Shown here: in pieces, positions 23,556 through 35,597 of the stretch
Position numbering within the stretch: position 1 is the stretch's first letter
Layout: every line of letters starts with the position of its first letter
Source: Bigelowiella natans CCMP2755
Lineage: Eukaryota > Protista > Cercozoa
Length of the DNA stretch: 44,362 bases
Direction of reading: 5' to 3'
Assembly (NCBI GenBank): GCA_000320545.1
Contig: ADNK01000233.1
Coordinates: 1 to 44,362 of the forward strand
Made by a program: the position numbers and the translations under genes
Notes under the pieces: generated by a model
Database searches by the model: none
Told to the model about the DNA's origin: nothing
What the model saw: the letters and a program-made list of their open reading frames with translations, nothing else

Positions 23556-24494
23556 TTAGAATCCAAATAACACATTATCTGCGAAAGTTTGGTCCTGCTC
23601 TAGCAAAGCAGAATCATATAGATTATTCTGTCTCAACGAATTCGAATCGATTTCAAGATCAAACGGCTTAAGATCTAACGAGGGAGAAGGTAAATTTTCA
23701 TCCAACTTCTCTGGGAAAGAATCAGGGGATCCTGCATTAAACATGTCTCCAAGATCGAAATCATCAAATCGTGAAAGAGAACTAGATATTTCAGGATTCC
23801 TATCCTCACTCCCATCGTCAAAGTCGATGTCAACCAGTTCTGGAAGATCAAGGTATCTTGTTTTTTTACTAATAGGCTGTTTAGTTTGGATAGTTGCAGG
23901 CCTTTTTGAACCAGATGTTGGGAAGGGAACAGGCTCGTGAATTACTTCATCTGAAGGCATGGGTGGAGTAGAGATGGGAGATGGGTGAGTGGAAAGCTCC
24001 ATCTCCGCTTTGGTGGCCTCTACTTTTGGCTCTACTTTTACAGCTACAGTTTTTTTTTCATCCATAGACTGTACTTTTTGCATATTTCCAGCAAGAGCTT
24101 TTAGATATTCACGATCCTCTTGTTCATATCTGCACCTGTCCTTGTCCGCCATTTTCTGATAGTGGGCGCGTCGTTCAGGAGAGAGATTCTTCCACAATTT
24201 GCCGATGGTGCGGGCGAACTTTTCGTCATGAACCAGGGAGCCAGTCTGAGCTCTAGACCTTTCCTCAAGTTGAAAATAGTTGTAAGCGGTTTTTGGGCGC
24301 TTGGGTTTCTTGAGCTTGCGAGTTGTTCTGGGCTTCCGTTCAGAACGTTTGCGGGTTCGAACGCGTTTTTTTTTGTGAGGAGCTGTCTTGGTCACACTAA
24401 CCTTTTCGGCCAGGATAGAAGCGGGGATGGCTTCAACTACCTGCGCTTGTAAGATTGGTCCATTCCTAGGGGGGATGGGGAATCCAATGCACAT
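23556..24494 (-). CDS. HMG-box protein with acidic C-terminal region, intronless
   Basis: 'KKPKRPKTAYNYFQLEERS...FARTIGKLWKNLSPERRAHYQKMADKDRCRYEQE' is a canonical HMG box in a 312-aa open frame. Confidence 0.92.
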   Translation of the reverse strand: MCIGFPIPPRNGPILQAQVVEAIPASILAEKVSVTKTAPHKKKRVRTRKRSERKPRTTRKLKKPKRPKTAYNYFQLEERSRAQTGSLVHDEKFARTIGKLWKNLSPERRAHYQKMADKDRCRYEQEDREYLKALAGNMQKVQSMDEKKTVAVKVEPKVEATKAEMELSTHPSPISTPPMPSDEVIHEPVPFPTSGSKRPATIQTKQPISKKTRYLDLPELVDIDFDDGSEDRNPEISSSLSRFDDFDLGDMFNAGSPDSFPEKLDENLPSPSLDLKPFDLEIDSNSLRQNNLYDSALLEQDQTFADNVLFGF

Positions 24495-25271
24495 TTTGTT
24501 TACTTGACTTTTGAAGAAAATAAGAATTAAAATCTACAAAGGAGATGGTAGTTTCTACTAAATGTCGAAAGAATTTCAAATACGAAAAAAAATATCTGCT
24601 AACAGTCCTATTTTAACGATATAACATGCTAGAAAATGTTAAAAAGGGATCTGAAAATTTTAACATGTCTGCTACGATGCAGTCACGACAGGTACCCACT
24701 CCATCTTTTTCCTTTTCTCGAGTTTTCACCAAAAATGATACAGAAAGAAATATTGAAGGCTTAAGGTACTTCTATACACTTCATTCACCGACGCTGATCC
24801 CTTGGAACATCTACTTGGAACGAATTCGCTTTTTTAGAATCGTGCCTTCTGACTCTACGACATCGCTTATTTTTTAGGAGCTAATCCTGAAATCCTGCTT
24901 TTGCGTGCTTGGCTCCTTTTTCTTACCATTTCGGTGATCAGGTAAAATACAGGTAAAGATACATCTGCGACAAATTCATATAAACATGTGTATTGACAAA
25001 GAGCAGTACTTATTAAGGGAAAATCCCAGGCAATAATTATACTACGACAAGTGTCGAGCATGGTTCCAGGTCTCGTCAACCTTCGAACTTCGACAACGGA
25101 AGGGTGACCACTGTGACCTCTCCCCCACAGAAAAGTGTTACGAAATAATGCTTTGTGTAATGCAATATCATTATGACCTAATATTGGTTGTCACATCACA
25201 TACATACATCATCCAACATCAACTTGGATTCAAGCCACCAGTTATAGTTTTCCCCGTAATTTACTAGGGGT

Positions 25272-26018
25272 ATGGCCGAACAAGATCAATTGAAATTATC
25301 CAGAGCTGAAACCAGTAGTAGGAAGGTCAGCGGACAAGGATCTAAGAAGGATAATGGTGCTGATAACAGAGGATCAAAGGGTGAGGAGGAAAAGGAAAAA
25401 GTGAGCAAAGTAGAAAGGCCTTCTTCTCCCCAGAGACCAAATTTTTCAGGACTGTGGCGTAGTGTAAAGAGCGAAAATATGAAAGAGTTCCTGATTTCAC
25501 AGGGAATAGAGGAGAAAATTGCTGTTGCTGCAGAAGGAAGACAGGTAATTGCTTCTCATTTCGCTGATCGTATATCATATTATGATCCTGGTTTTGAGCT
25601 GTGTACACTTCTGGACAAGATTGTAACACTTACTACATCCCTATTCCCCAGATTACTCAAGAAATTGACCACCGGGACAAGGATAACTTGTTTGTTGTGA
25701 AAACTGGCTCCCACTCAAAGTCATATAGCATCGGTGGAAGGTGAAAACGATCTATTTGAAGCCATACAATGTCACATAGTGAATTCCTTGTCGAAATGCG
25801 ATACATAGTACAAACTTAGATGAAGTATTTGGGAACCAAATGAGTTGGGAGGGAGATCTCTTAGTCAGTCGGCCATTTTTCATGAACGAGTCTTCAAATA
25901 AAGGTGGGTACTGAAATTCGGTAGATGAGTGAATCTTCAATCTTACCGCCCATCATTATTAAATTTACTTCAATCTTACCGCCCATCATTATTATATTTA
26001 CTAAAAGTGCAAACCGTC

Positions 26019-26064
<46 letters not shown>

Positions 26065-26321
26065 TGCATATGTGTACATATGTATATCCTGATCATCTTC
26101 CCCGTCTACAGTGGTGTCATTTAGGAAAATGAGTGGCAAGCAAATGGTTTTTACGTTGCGCAATGAAAAGGTTAACATCAATACGCACAATAGTCACCAT
26201 ATAACGTGTCGTAGAACAATGGTGATCAGCAGAAATATTGATAATTTTACAGGAGGAAGCCAAGAGATATTTTGAACGGATTCCGGCTGCTGTCAGTCCT
26301 AAGGTCATATCGCACGATTGA
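25272..26321 (+). CDS. Fatty-acid-binding protein / lipocalin family, about 5 exons
   Basis: 'PNFSGLWRSVKSENMKEFLISQGI' (FABP GxW...SEN motif), then spliced 'ITQEIDHRDKDNLFVVKTG', 'MSWEGDLLV', 'RKMSGKQMVFTLRNEK' and 'EEAKRYFERIP...HD*'. Confidence 0.8.
25935..25993. repeat. Intronic ~25-bp direct duplication (TTCAATCTTACCGCCCATCATTATT x2)
   Basis: Two near-adjacent identical copies upstream of a (TA)n tract. Confidence 0.85.
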
Positions 26322-27143
26322 TTGAGACGCATTGGGCCAGGGCTCCATATATTCTACTGGGTCGTAACTTAAAATAGTTAGCATCACTGCATCCCGCAGA
26401 GTTTTTCCAGCCTCTGATAAATTTGAGGTCGAATTTATGTAACTTAACTCGCAGAAAAGGTTGTTACAACTATCATGTGATGTTCTTGCGCATGCAACAC
26501 GGAGCGCGTGGTCGATGCCTTTGCGCAATGAATATGCATATGGAGCAATTCAGATTCAATCTAAATAACTCAAATCAACAGCAATGGCATAGAATGAATT
26601 ATGATGTATCAAAAATAAAATGCTATAGCTCATCAAAAGTAGCATTTCATGCGATTGTGCACACAAGTAATGAGCAGCAGCGTCAGTGTGGCAAATTTGG
26701 GCGGAGGCGGCCACCACGCACATAGCAGCATTGGAGAATGCAAAATGATAACAACGTTGGTAATATTTTCCATTCTCCCGCTACGCCGTCTAGCTATCCG
26801 ATACGCACGCATGCCACTGCTAGCTATCATCCCACATCTGTGCCAATCCTCGACCACGCGAGGCCATATCATTCGTACATGCTACATGCAATCTCCGTTC
26901 ATAGTATCGAGCCTATATGTTTGTGTCTATCATGTCATTGCACAGACGGTGCATAGCTTCCAACTTTCCAGCTATCAAGGGTGCCGTACGTGCTTTGTTT
27001 TGGTGCAATGCATGTAGATGAAAAGTGTTCCAGTTGCTGTTTTCATATCTTTTTTGCAACATAAATATGCACAGTATTTGGTTAATCATCACACATATCT
27101 TATAAATAATTTTTTGGATTCAGACCGATATTCATTAGATAGT

Positions 27144-27681
27144 TCATTGGAAAAATGATTCGAAATCAATTATCTCAAGTGCTCCTAGAATGCCTACAAG
27201 GGCATATCCAGCGAACGATATTCCGACAACGATCGGAATAAAATTATCTACTTCCCGTTCATTTGCTCGATTATCGCCAAGAACTATCCTCTCTTTTTCC
27301 TGATGATCCTGCATCAAATCTTGATTTTCTGCATCCGTTATGTTTAGCATTAAGATCCAATTTTAATGATGAATGCGAGCAAATCATATCGTGACACTTA
27401 TGAGTCCCTAAGACCTTGATTTTCAGCCCCCACGACCATGAAACTCGGAGACTTTCGACGGGAGTTCTTCTGACCATCATGTTCATTCAATACAGGCGAC
27501 TGCATTGTTGAGGATCACACACCTGAATTCCATGGTACACTGGATAACGAGAGAGACATTGTCCCCCCCGAACGGCAAGTCGGCTACCGCAGTTCCTACA
27601 TCCGTATGTACGCCGAAAGGCACGCCTAGATTCCCCTAGCAAGACCGTTAGCGCAAGCAGGAGGCACGTCGACGTAACCAT
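27144..27681 (-). CDS. Small protein with signal-peptide-like leader and C-terminal TM helix (multi-exon)
   Basis: 'MVTSTCLLLALTVLLG' leader, Arg/Ser-rich segment 'GSRLAVRGG', last exon 'QDLMQDHQEKERIVLGDNRANEREVDNFIPIVVGISFAGYALVGILGALEIIDFESFFQ*'. Confidence 0.55.
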
Positions 27682-28114
27682 TTTTTTCCCCTGGAAGTGC
27701 AGGACGTGGGTTTGGTAACCCCAAAATTACAATTGCTCCCTCGATTTCGATGTCGTTCAGGAAGAAATCGCCTGCGATTTAGGGCTGATACAAAAGACAG
27801 GTACCAGACTACTACCCACAACAGTTCAGGAACCTTTAGGATTTTAAACCAGCGCCAGCTTTAAAATCCAGCCGCAACCTAAAAATGTAGGGCGATTTGC
27901 TCCCATCTTCGATGGAAGTGGGCGTGCACAACTCGGAGACCAAGAAACAAGACGCCATCCATGGCGCTTCCCCCAACGCTGCCTCCGGCGTCGATTGCCA
28001 TTGGTTCCCTACTATTGCTGGCGCTTTCTCCCACTGGTTTGGAGATCTAACAGAGTCTTGTGAAAGCCTAAATTCTAATACGTGTATATGTCTTTGTGCG
28101 TGTGTGAATGGCAA

Positions 28115-28984
28115 ATGATGGAATGGAGATGGCTGAGAAGAGTTTGGATTTTGTGTGGATGTACAGGGATGCTAGCTATTCGGGTGTTAGAAAGGGAGAT
28201 TCACCATAGGAATAGTTACCATCCAGCCCCAACCCCCACTTGGCACCTCACTGCACGATGCGCCGCGGGCGATGTAAACGCGCTTTTTCAGTACAAGGGA
28301 ATCTGGCACCTGATGCAACAATGGGTGAGAAATACTTTTTTAGTATGTAAGGGGATAGTACGGGTCAAAATTTCCATATTAAAGTATTAATAACGTTCCC
28401 GCCTAACTACTCTCTGCGTGCGCGCTTGTGCACCTGATGTGTACGGATGGTAGGGGCCTAACGCGCTCACGTCGATCGGACACTCGGTGAGCCGTGACCT
28501 TCTGAGATGGCGGCGCATCAAGAATGCGCTTTCGGCTGGAAATACAACCAATGGAACGCAGGAGTGCTATGACGGAAGTGTCTCCTTCGTCACCGGAAAA
28601 GATGGGATGCCCGTGCCAATGCTCATGATTGATGGAGGTTGCGGCAAGTTTTCTGGGGGAAACATTAGCTGCATGGAATCTTTAGGCAACGGCTCCACGG
28701 GAGGTGTGACAGCGTGGCCGGAACATCCCCATACTGACCCCCTTCTACTCCGATGGAAGCGCGCTGGACCAATGGTGTTCTTAGGGTGCAATATGGCCTC
28801 CGGGCCGTCGCCGATATTTGAGGGGGCTCATGGAAAGCACGAGCTGATAGCAATCTACGGGGAGGCTGAAGGGCGTTTTGAAGCAACTGATGTCAGTACA
28901 CAATCATTGTACTTTATATATGTAAATAATTTGAGTGTCTGTCTGTGGGGTTGTTCAAGAATCTTCTCAAAACTTGACTGTTTT

Positions 28985-29025
<41 letters not shown>

Positions 29026-30251
29026 CTCTCTATCTCATTTCCCCCTCCCTCTTCTTCGATTCTTAGGACACACTGAAGCATTGGAGACTCGCAGACCCAT
29101 CTTTCCTGCCCACTCGCGGAGGTGGGGGAGGCCTCTGGCGTAAGCTTCCGATCAACGTGGATGGCGTAGAGGGGGGCCGGTGGGCAACACATATCTTCCA
29201 AGCAAACACACCTGAGCTAGGCGATGGCAGGGCCACGTTCCAAATGGCCGTCTTCAACCCTCGTGCCTCGGGCGGAATGAAAGTCGAGAACATTACCCCT
29301 CCCCTCCCCGTGGACATGGGGAAAGATGTTGCATACGGGCAGCTGAGCTTGGTCGCAAGGGACAGCAACGGCCCCAATGACGTGGACAATCGAACGATCC
29401 ACGTGTCATGGCTAATAGACTGGGCTAATTTCCGCCCAGACTGCATCACCAGCGGCCAGCTGACAAGCTTCCGTGATCTTCGTTTCGACCCGAGGTTGGG
29501 CGAGCGAGGAGCATTGGTTGAGAACCCAATCGAGGAGTACATAGCTCTCCGAGGCAGGCAGCTCTTTTCATTCTCCAACCGCTCCGTCCCACTCACAAAT
29601 TTTCCGGCCGTCCTAACTCCCAAAGACGAGGCAACCCGGCGAAGGGGGGTGAGGCTGGTGGAACTGATAAGGAATGCGGGCACCGTGGTGGACATCGAGC
29701 TTAGTATCGCGCTGGAACCAGAGTCTTCAAGGGAGGGGGGGGCGGCTGAAGTATACAGCCTTGGATTTCGATGCGAAACTTCCCATTCCTGCAAAAACGG
29801 CACGCTGGTTACGTTTCGCATTACCCCCCGGAGGAACAACGACACCATTAGAAGGGAAGAAGATGGAGAGGAGGGAGATAAGGATGAGGGAAAGAGGGGG
29901 GGGGCGAGCCGCGGCCTTACTCGTGTTGGTGTCACACGGGCGGTTAATATGAGCGTCGTCACGCCATCCGCTTCCCATTCGATGAGTTTTGTCCTCCTAG
30001 AAGACGAGACCGAGCTACCCGTGCGCGCAATGTCTGACCATCGCTCGATTGAGCTCTTTGCTGCGGGGGGACGGGGAGTTTTCACAGGAATACTCAATTC
30101 GACCTACACCCGCTTCCTCGCCGGGACCAGCAGAAAGGCCGACGAGGGCGCTGCGGCATTGTCGGAGGTTCCGGAGGAAGAAAATAAGTTGCTGAGGAAG
30201 AGCTTTAGCCTGTCCGCCACTGGATGGAAGATGAGAAGCATAGCCGGATAG
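28115..30251 (+). CDS. Glycoside hydrolase family 32-like (beta-propeller + beta-sandwich), secreted, 3 exons
   Basis: Signal-like N-terminus. 'PTWHLTARCAAGDVNALFQYKGIWHLMQQW' (NDPNG-equivalent), 'IGHSVSRDLLRWRR', 'ECYDGSV', 'RTIHVSWL', 'LTSFRDLRFDP...LVENPIEEYIALR' and 'DHRSIELFAAGGRGVFT' (GH32 C-terminal motif). Confidence 0.85.
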
Positions 30252-31071
30252 CAAACAGAGACAATGATCGCAGATCACGAGGATCATCGCTATGATGATA
30301 GCTTGTGCTACGCTGCGATCGTTAAAGATGAATGACTGTATAGATTAGTGCGGCAAACCCTGTTATCCACGTTTGCATTTTCCATGATTTAATGAAGTTA
30401 TTAGTATAAAGTGTCCGTGAACTACATACGCATTTGCCATGGAAAGCCATTATCTAGTCATATACCTATGTGTCTAATGGGAAAAGCTACGACTTGGCAA
30501 CTTTGCTGTGCATGTGCTAGCTTGCTTATTATACTACGCTGCTTTGTACAGCTGAGTGCACATGGTTCCAAGGAGTTTCCCCTCCGCTACGCCAGCTGTA
30601 GTCGCTGCATCTTCATCGTGCTGCATGTGAAATAGACCTAGCTAGAGCGCATGTACGTACACAACACACAAACATGCTACATTGCTAGAATATGATGACC
30701 ATTGGAAAAATGCAATCATTTCATTATATATGTGTCTCATGCTATATGGTCATGCTGTCGTACATGAGCAGATATACAACATCAGCGTAGATTGTAGCCA
30801 CGGCATTGCATAGCTACATTGGGATGACTATTGAACAGATTTAATCACATCATTACACCAGACTCATGTATTTAGATAGTCGACTAATGAATTTGACGCC
30901 ATTTTATTTGATGTGATATTTTAGTCATGTACGTGTGTACGCATGCATGTACAGAAGCCGCACACATGATCAAGTCCAATGAAGCTTCTCACTTGTTTTT
31001 CTGCTGCCATAGTTAAAAGAGCTGGCGGAAACAAATTCGGATTTAATAAGCCAAAATTTAAGCAAATAGTA

Positions 31072-31107
<36 letters not shown>

Positions 31108-31170
31108 CCTCCCTCCCAACCCCCTTTCTTCCTCCTCCGCCTCTCCTTTCCCAGTCACGCAGCAATGCTC

Positions 31171-33053
31171 CTACTGCAGCACAAAATCTTGTCTCGCCCA
31201 CTGCCGCAACCACGACGGGCACCAGCGGATCCTTTCCTTGACGCAGTCGAGGATGTGGTGGGGAGCGAGCGTCAAGCATACGGGTTGGTAGCGCGCGCTG
31301 AGGTGATTGGTGCTGCGGTTCGGCCGCTTGGTTTGCAGCAGCCCGTTTGTCTCCAGCTGCGCAAACGCCTGAAGGCACGTGTGCATGGAGAACGCCTGGT
31401 GGCCTAGCTGTTCGCACCAGCCCATGGCGGCTGCTGTTGAAGAGGAGTTCACCCCCGCCCGACTCGTCCTCCCAACTTCGTCTCCCGTAGCTGCTGCCGC
31501 CGTGGAGCGGCGGCGACAGTACTTCCGATACTGGTCGAACACGAGCATGAAATTGGCCGGAAGCGAGGGCTCCCTGCGCCGCTCGAGAAAGGCGAGGGAG
31601 AGCAGCATTGTCAGCTGCGGCGCAGAGCAGTCTTCAAGCAAGCGCTGAGGGAGTGCGTCGTCAAGGCCAGCGGCTGCACTCAGCAGCTCCGACAACGAGA
31701 AGAGCGTGCGGTCCCCCTTTCTCAGCTGGCTCGTCGCCACGGTCGCCGCCATATTGACCCATTCGATGCTTGCTGTGTGGCCCTGTCGGAATTTAAGCAA
31801 GCGCGCGACCTCCGGGTGCTCCACTAGCTGCTGCACGAGCTCGTTGTGGGTCGCTACAACGCTGCTGCTGCTGCTGCCTGCTGGGGAATCCCCCTTATGC
31901 TTGTAGTCGCCGCTCCCGCCTTCGTTGCAGCTCTTCTTCTTCTTCTTCTTCTGATTCTGATTCTGAGTCTTTCCCTCCCCTTTCCCCGCTTCTCCCCCTA
32001 CACCCCCTACTCCTCCTTCTCCTCCTGCTCCGTTACCTTCTGAGGGAGAGGGTTTGAGGGTAAGCGTGTTTTTCAACGCTTCTTTCATGGTGGGCATGCT
32101 GGGCAGGGGGAAGACAATAGTCCGATACGTGATGCGTGACCGGATGCGCTTCTCCAGCAGCTCGTACGCGTCGAAGCGCGTCGTCAGCCCTACGAGCGCC
32201 AGCTGCGCCGAGTACTGCTGCAGCAGGTCGCATAGGTTGTATAGCAGCGTTTGCCGGCGGGACCGAGAGGCGAACAAGTCAAAGTCGTCGAGGACGAAGA
32301 ATATCGGGAGCGATTCAAACTTGCCCGCCCGCAGAGCACTCCGGAGGAACTCGAGGTTTTCGGTGAAGCTCTTTGTCCGGGTGCCATCCAGCTCGACCTC
32401 GTTCTCCAAGCAGACCTGCCTCACGATGGAGTCCATGGCTTGCGTGTCGCTGGTGGTGACGAGCCCGCTCACGTAGACCTCGATGAAACTGCGGCCCTGC
32501 CGCACGAGCTCCGATTTCAGCGCCTAACGACAATGATTAAGATGGTCATTGAGAGATGGTGGCGACGACGATCATGATGATGAGAACGTTTTCATGCGGG
32601 CGAGGCCTGTCCGCTAAATGGTACGACGAACCCAACCCTCAAAATAGCAAACGCGTGCGCGCGCGCGCGCGCACACACACACACACACACACATAAATTA
32701 TATGTATTATATTCATATGTAAGTGTGTGCTGAATTGTTGGATTTGCGCGACCTTAAGAACCAGCCTGAGAGTGGCGGACTTTCCGCTTCCATGTGGTCC
32801 CATCAAGAGAGCTGCATTGTTCTGCCGCGAAGTAACCGTGGCTCGTAGCATATTGTAAAGCAATGAGTGCTGGGATTCCAAGCCCGGGAGTCGTTCGGGG
32901 ACGTGAGACCGTGAGAGCCGACGTAGCAGCTGAATGACGATAGTGAATAACAACAGTCAGTCAGGGCACGAAATATCCCCCATCGTAAGCAGCTGCAGTG
33001 CTCGCAATTCAATGACTGCTTGTTGAGACCCCTCTTTCCTCTTATTCTCCCTT

Positions 33054-33098
<45 letters not shown>

Positions 33099-34347
33099 TG
33101 TGTGTGTGTGTGTGTGTGTGTGTGCCCATATGACACCATACCTCGTGACGGCATGCTGCCGCGGATGAGTAGCCGTTTTGAGCGTCCCTTCCGTGATGAC
33201 GCTGGACAGGCGCGGTGTGTGTTCTCGGTAGCCACAGATTTTCAGCAATTGCAGGTAGGGAGGTGGGGGATGAGGAGGAGCTGCTTTTCGTTGAGCGAGC
33301 TGACTTCTTGGGACTTGTCCCAGCTGCAGACTCGTGCTCCTCCTCCTCCTCCTCATCATCATCATCATCGTTAACCTCTTCCTTTCTCTCCTGGTCTTCC
33401 TGTGCCATCGTTACAGTAGTTGTCCTCCTCCTCCTCCCTGCGATTCGATGCTTTCTTCTTCGATTGATGCTGTTGTTGCGTTCATTACTGCTAGTGGTCG
33501 TTCCGCCTGCTGTGTCAGTATCTTCTACTTGTTCTTCCTTCTCCTCCTCCCCCTCTTCCTCCTCCTCCTTGTCCTCTCTCTCGTCAGAGTTGTGCTGCTG
33601 CTGCTCAATGACCTCTTCGTCCAGGCCCTCCTCTTCCCTGTCTTCCTCCAAGTCGGGAGATTCCGTTGGCGCCGCAATGCGGTTCATAGTAGACAGAGGG
33701 GCTGATCTTCTCCTCGCACTTTTCCGTTTGCCCTCTGATGGTCGTCGCTTGGAAGCCTTCTTCTTCTTCTTCTTCTTCTGCTGCTGCTGCTGCTGCTGCG
33801 GCTGCTGCGTAGTGGCTGGTATTTGTGAGGAACGCAGACGTCGTCCCTTAGTCGAGGCGTTACTCTTTCTCTTCCTCTTCCTCGTATTCTTCTTTGCGTC
33901 GTCCAAGCGCCCAGTAGCCGACCGCGTTCTCATCCTGGCCGAAAATGAGTCTTCGGAAGCTTTGTTGCTAGCTCCTCCTCCTCCTTGTCTCCGTCGACGC
34001 TTATTCTTAGTAGAAGCTGAAGCATCGTTAGCAACCCGATTTGACCCTGTATTGCTGGAACTATTGTCAGTATTACCTCTCCGACTGCGACGGGGTTCTC
34101 TCGCTGTACGGTCTTGTTTAGCCTTACTCGTGCGCGAACGAAGAGAGGCAGGTCGGATCCCGGTAGCAACTCTTTTCTTAGCCTGTGAGTTCCTGCTTCC
34201 TCTTCTCCTACTGCTGCTGCTGCTGCTGCTAATAATAATATTGTTGCTGTTGCCGCCGCTGCTGCTGCTGCTACTACTGCTGCTACTGCTGCTACTATGG
34301 GGTCCAACGTCCGAACCGAACATTCGTTGAATGAAACCCTGGATCAT
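31171..34347 (-). CDS. ORC4: Origin recognition complex subunit 4 with long low-complexity N-terminal extension (3 exons)
   Basis: Walker A exon 'NNAALLMGPHGSGKSATLRLVLK' (~32755-32930). 'FFVLDDFDLFASRSRRQTLLYNLCDL' and 'LVGLTTRFDAYELLEKRIRSR' match ORC4 signatures; C-terminus 'CPSWLRQWA'. First exon is ~400 aa of K/R- and E-rich sequence from ATG 34347. Confidence 0.9.
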
Positions 34348-34764
34348 ACTCCGAGCTATCTGATTCGGCACCAGGAGTGGTCAGGCGATGAGGGAGAAAC
34401 AATTCAGTTTTTGCAGAGAGGAGAATGTAAATTCAACGCGGTGAGGGTGTATGCGGTTGAAGAGGGATGGAGATGAGATAACAGGGAATGTAGGACGTGA
34501 AAGGGGCGGTGGGTGGGTGTCGGACCTATCCACAATCTTGGACTGTATTGTTGAAGAATCCCATGCGTTTTATGATTGCGACAAGCCAAAAACCTCTGGT
34601 TTTGGAGGTACAATGTAGTAATGCAGTTTTGGCGGTGGCGCCAATCTGCATGTTTTGGCGGGAACGCTGGTCGAAACGATTGATGAATGACGGGCAAATT
34701 ACGACAATGCAGGCGGAAAGTCTTTGTCGCTTAGTCGTTAGTGAATCTATTTGGTAGCATATAT

Positions 34765-35440
34765 CTCCGAGAGTCTCGAGAGACTGATGCTGCGGTCGCT
34801 CAACTTTGCTGTTTTTCTGAGGCTGCAAGTGCTTCTGACATTTGCTACATGTTTCCAAGTGGCAAAGGAGCTCGAAGGGAAACGCTTGAAGAAACTTCTT
34901 TCGTCGACAGAGATCATTCTGGCATTTGTTGTGTCTCAAACTGTGTGACAGCAGGGATGGCAGCACCGGACAGAGTGCACTGGCGTGAGAACCTGAACTG
35001 CATGCAAAAAATCCAGTAGCCAGAGCAATCACGACGGAGAGGTTCAAAGTTCTCATTGCATGATGCGATCGCGATTTTGCAACGCGACACTGACTGACTG
35101 AGTCCAGGAGTGCCAGCCAGCTAGCCAGAGTGCCCACGCTTGCTGACGTCGATCATTGTGCGACACGTCAGACAGAAGGTCGCTACGTCATGCTGGGTTC
35201 ACACAAACAGGATCGCCTGTGTCTGTTGCACACAATTCACAGCAGTGTCAGCTAGGAGAATGGACACATTGCATGCGCTGTGTCCATGTGCACTACGTGT
35301 AGCAGCACAACCTGTGTCCACAGTTCGGCGGCGACTCTTGAGGCTTCATTCATTACATTTGGTCGCCAATGTGACGACGAGGGTGGGGGGAGGGCGCAGC
35401 GCGACACAAACGTGCGCGATGGTTGACCGCCTCGCGACGC
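34765..35440. other. TpA-depleted intergenic island C
   Basis: Few TA in ~680 bp; survivors are almost all CTAG, CTAC or GTAG. Confidence 0.75.
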
Positions 35441-35597
35441 TATCTCAAATGATGGTTCAACTAGACACTAATGTAGCGAACATGGCTAGAAACTACATGT
35501 GCGATAATGGATTCCTGCTGTTGACTTCAAAGATCATATGATGTAGAGAAGTGCGGTAACATACACGCTAGTACACCACACAATTTTTGAAACTGCT

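Noticed and set aside
29063-30097. 344-aa - strand ORF
   Set aside because: It is antisense to the GH32 exon that carries recognisable motifs.
33215-34330. 371-aa + strand hydrophobic ORF
   Set aside because: It is the antisense shadow of the low-complexity ORC4 exon.
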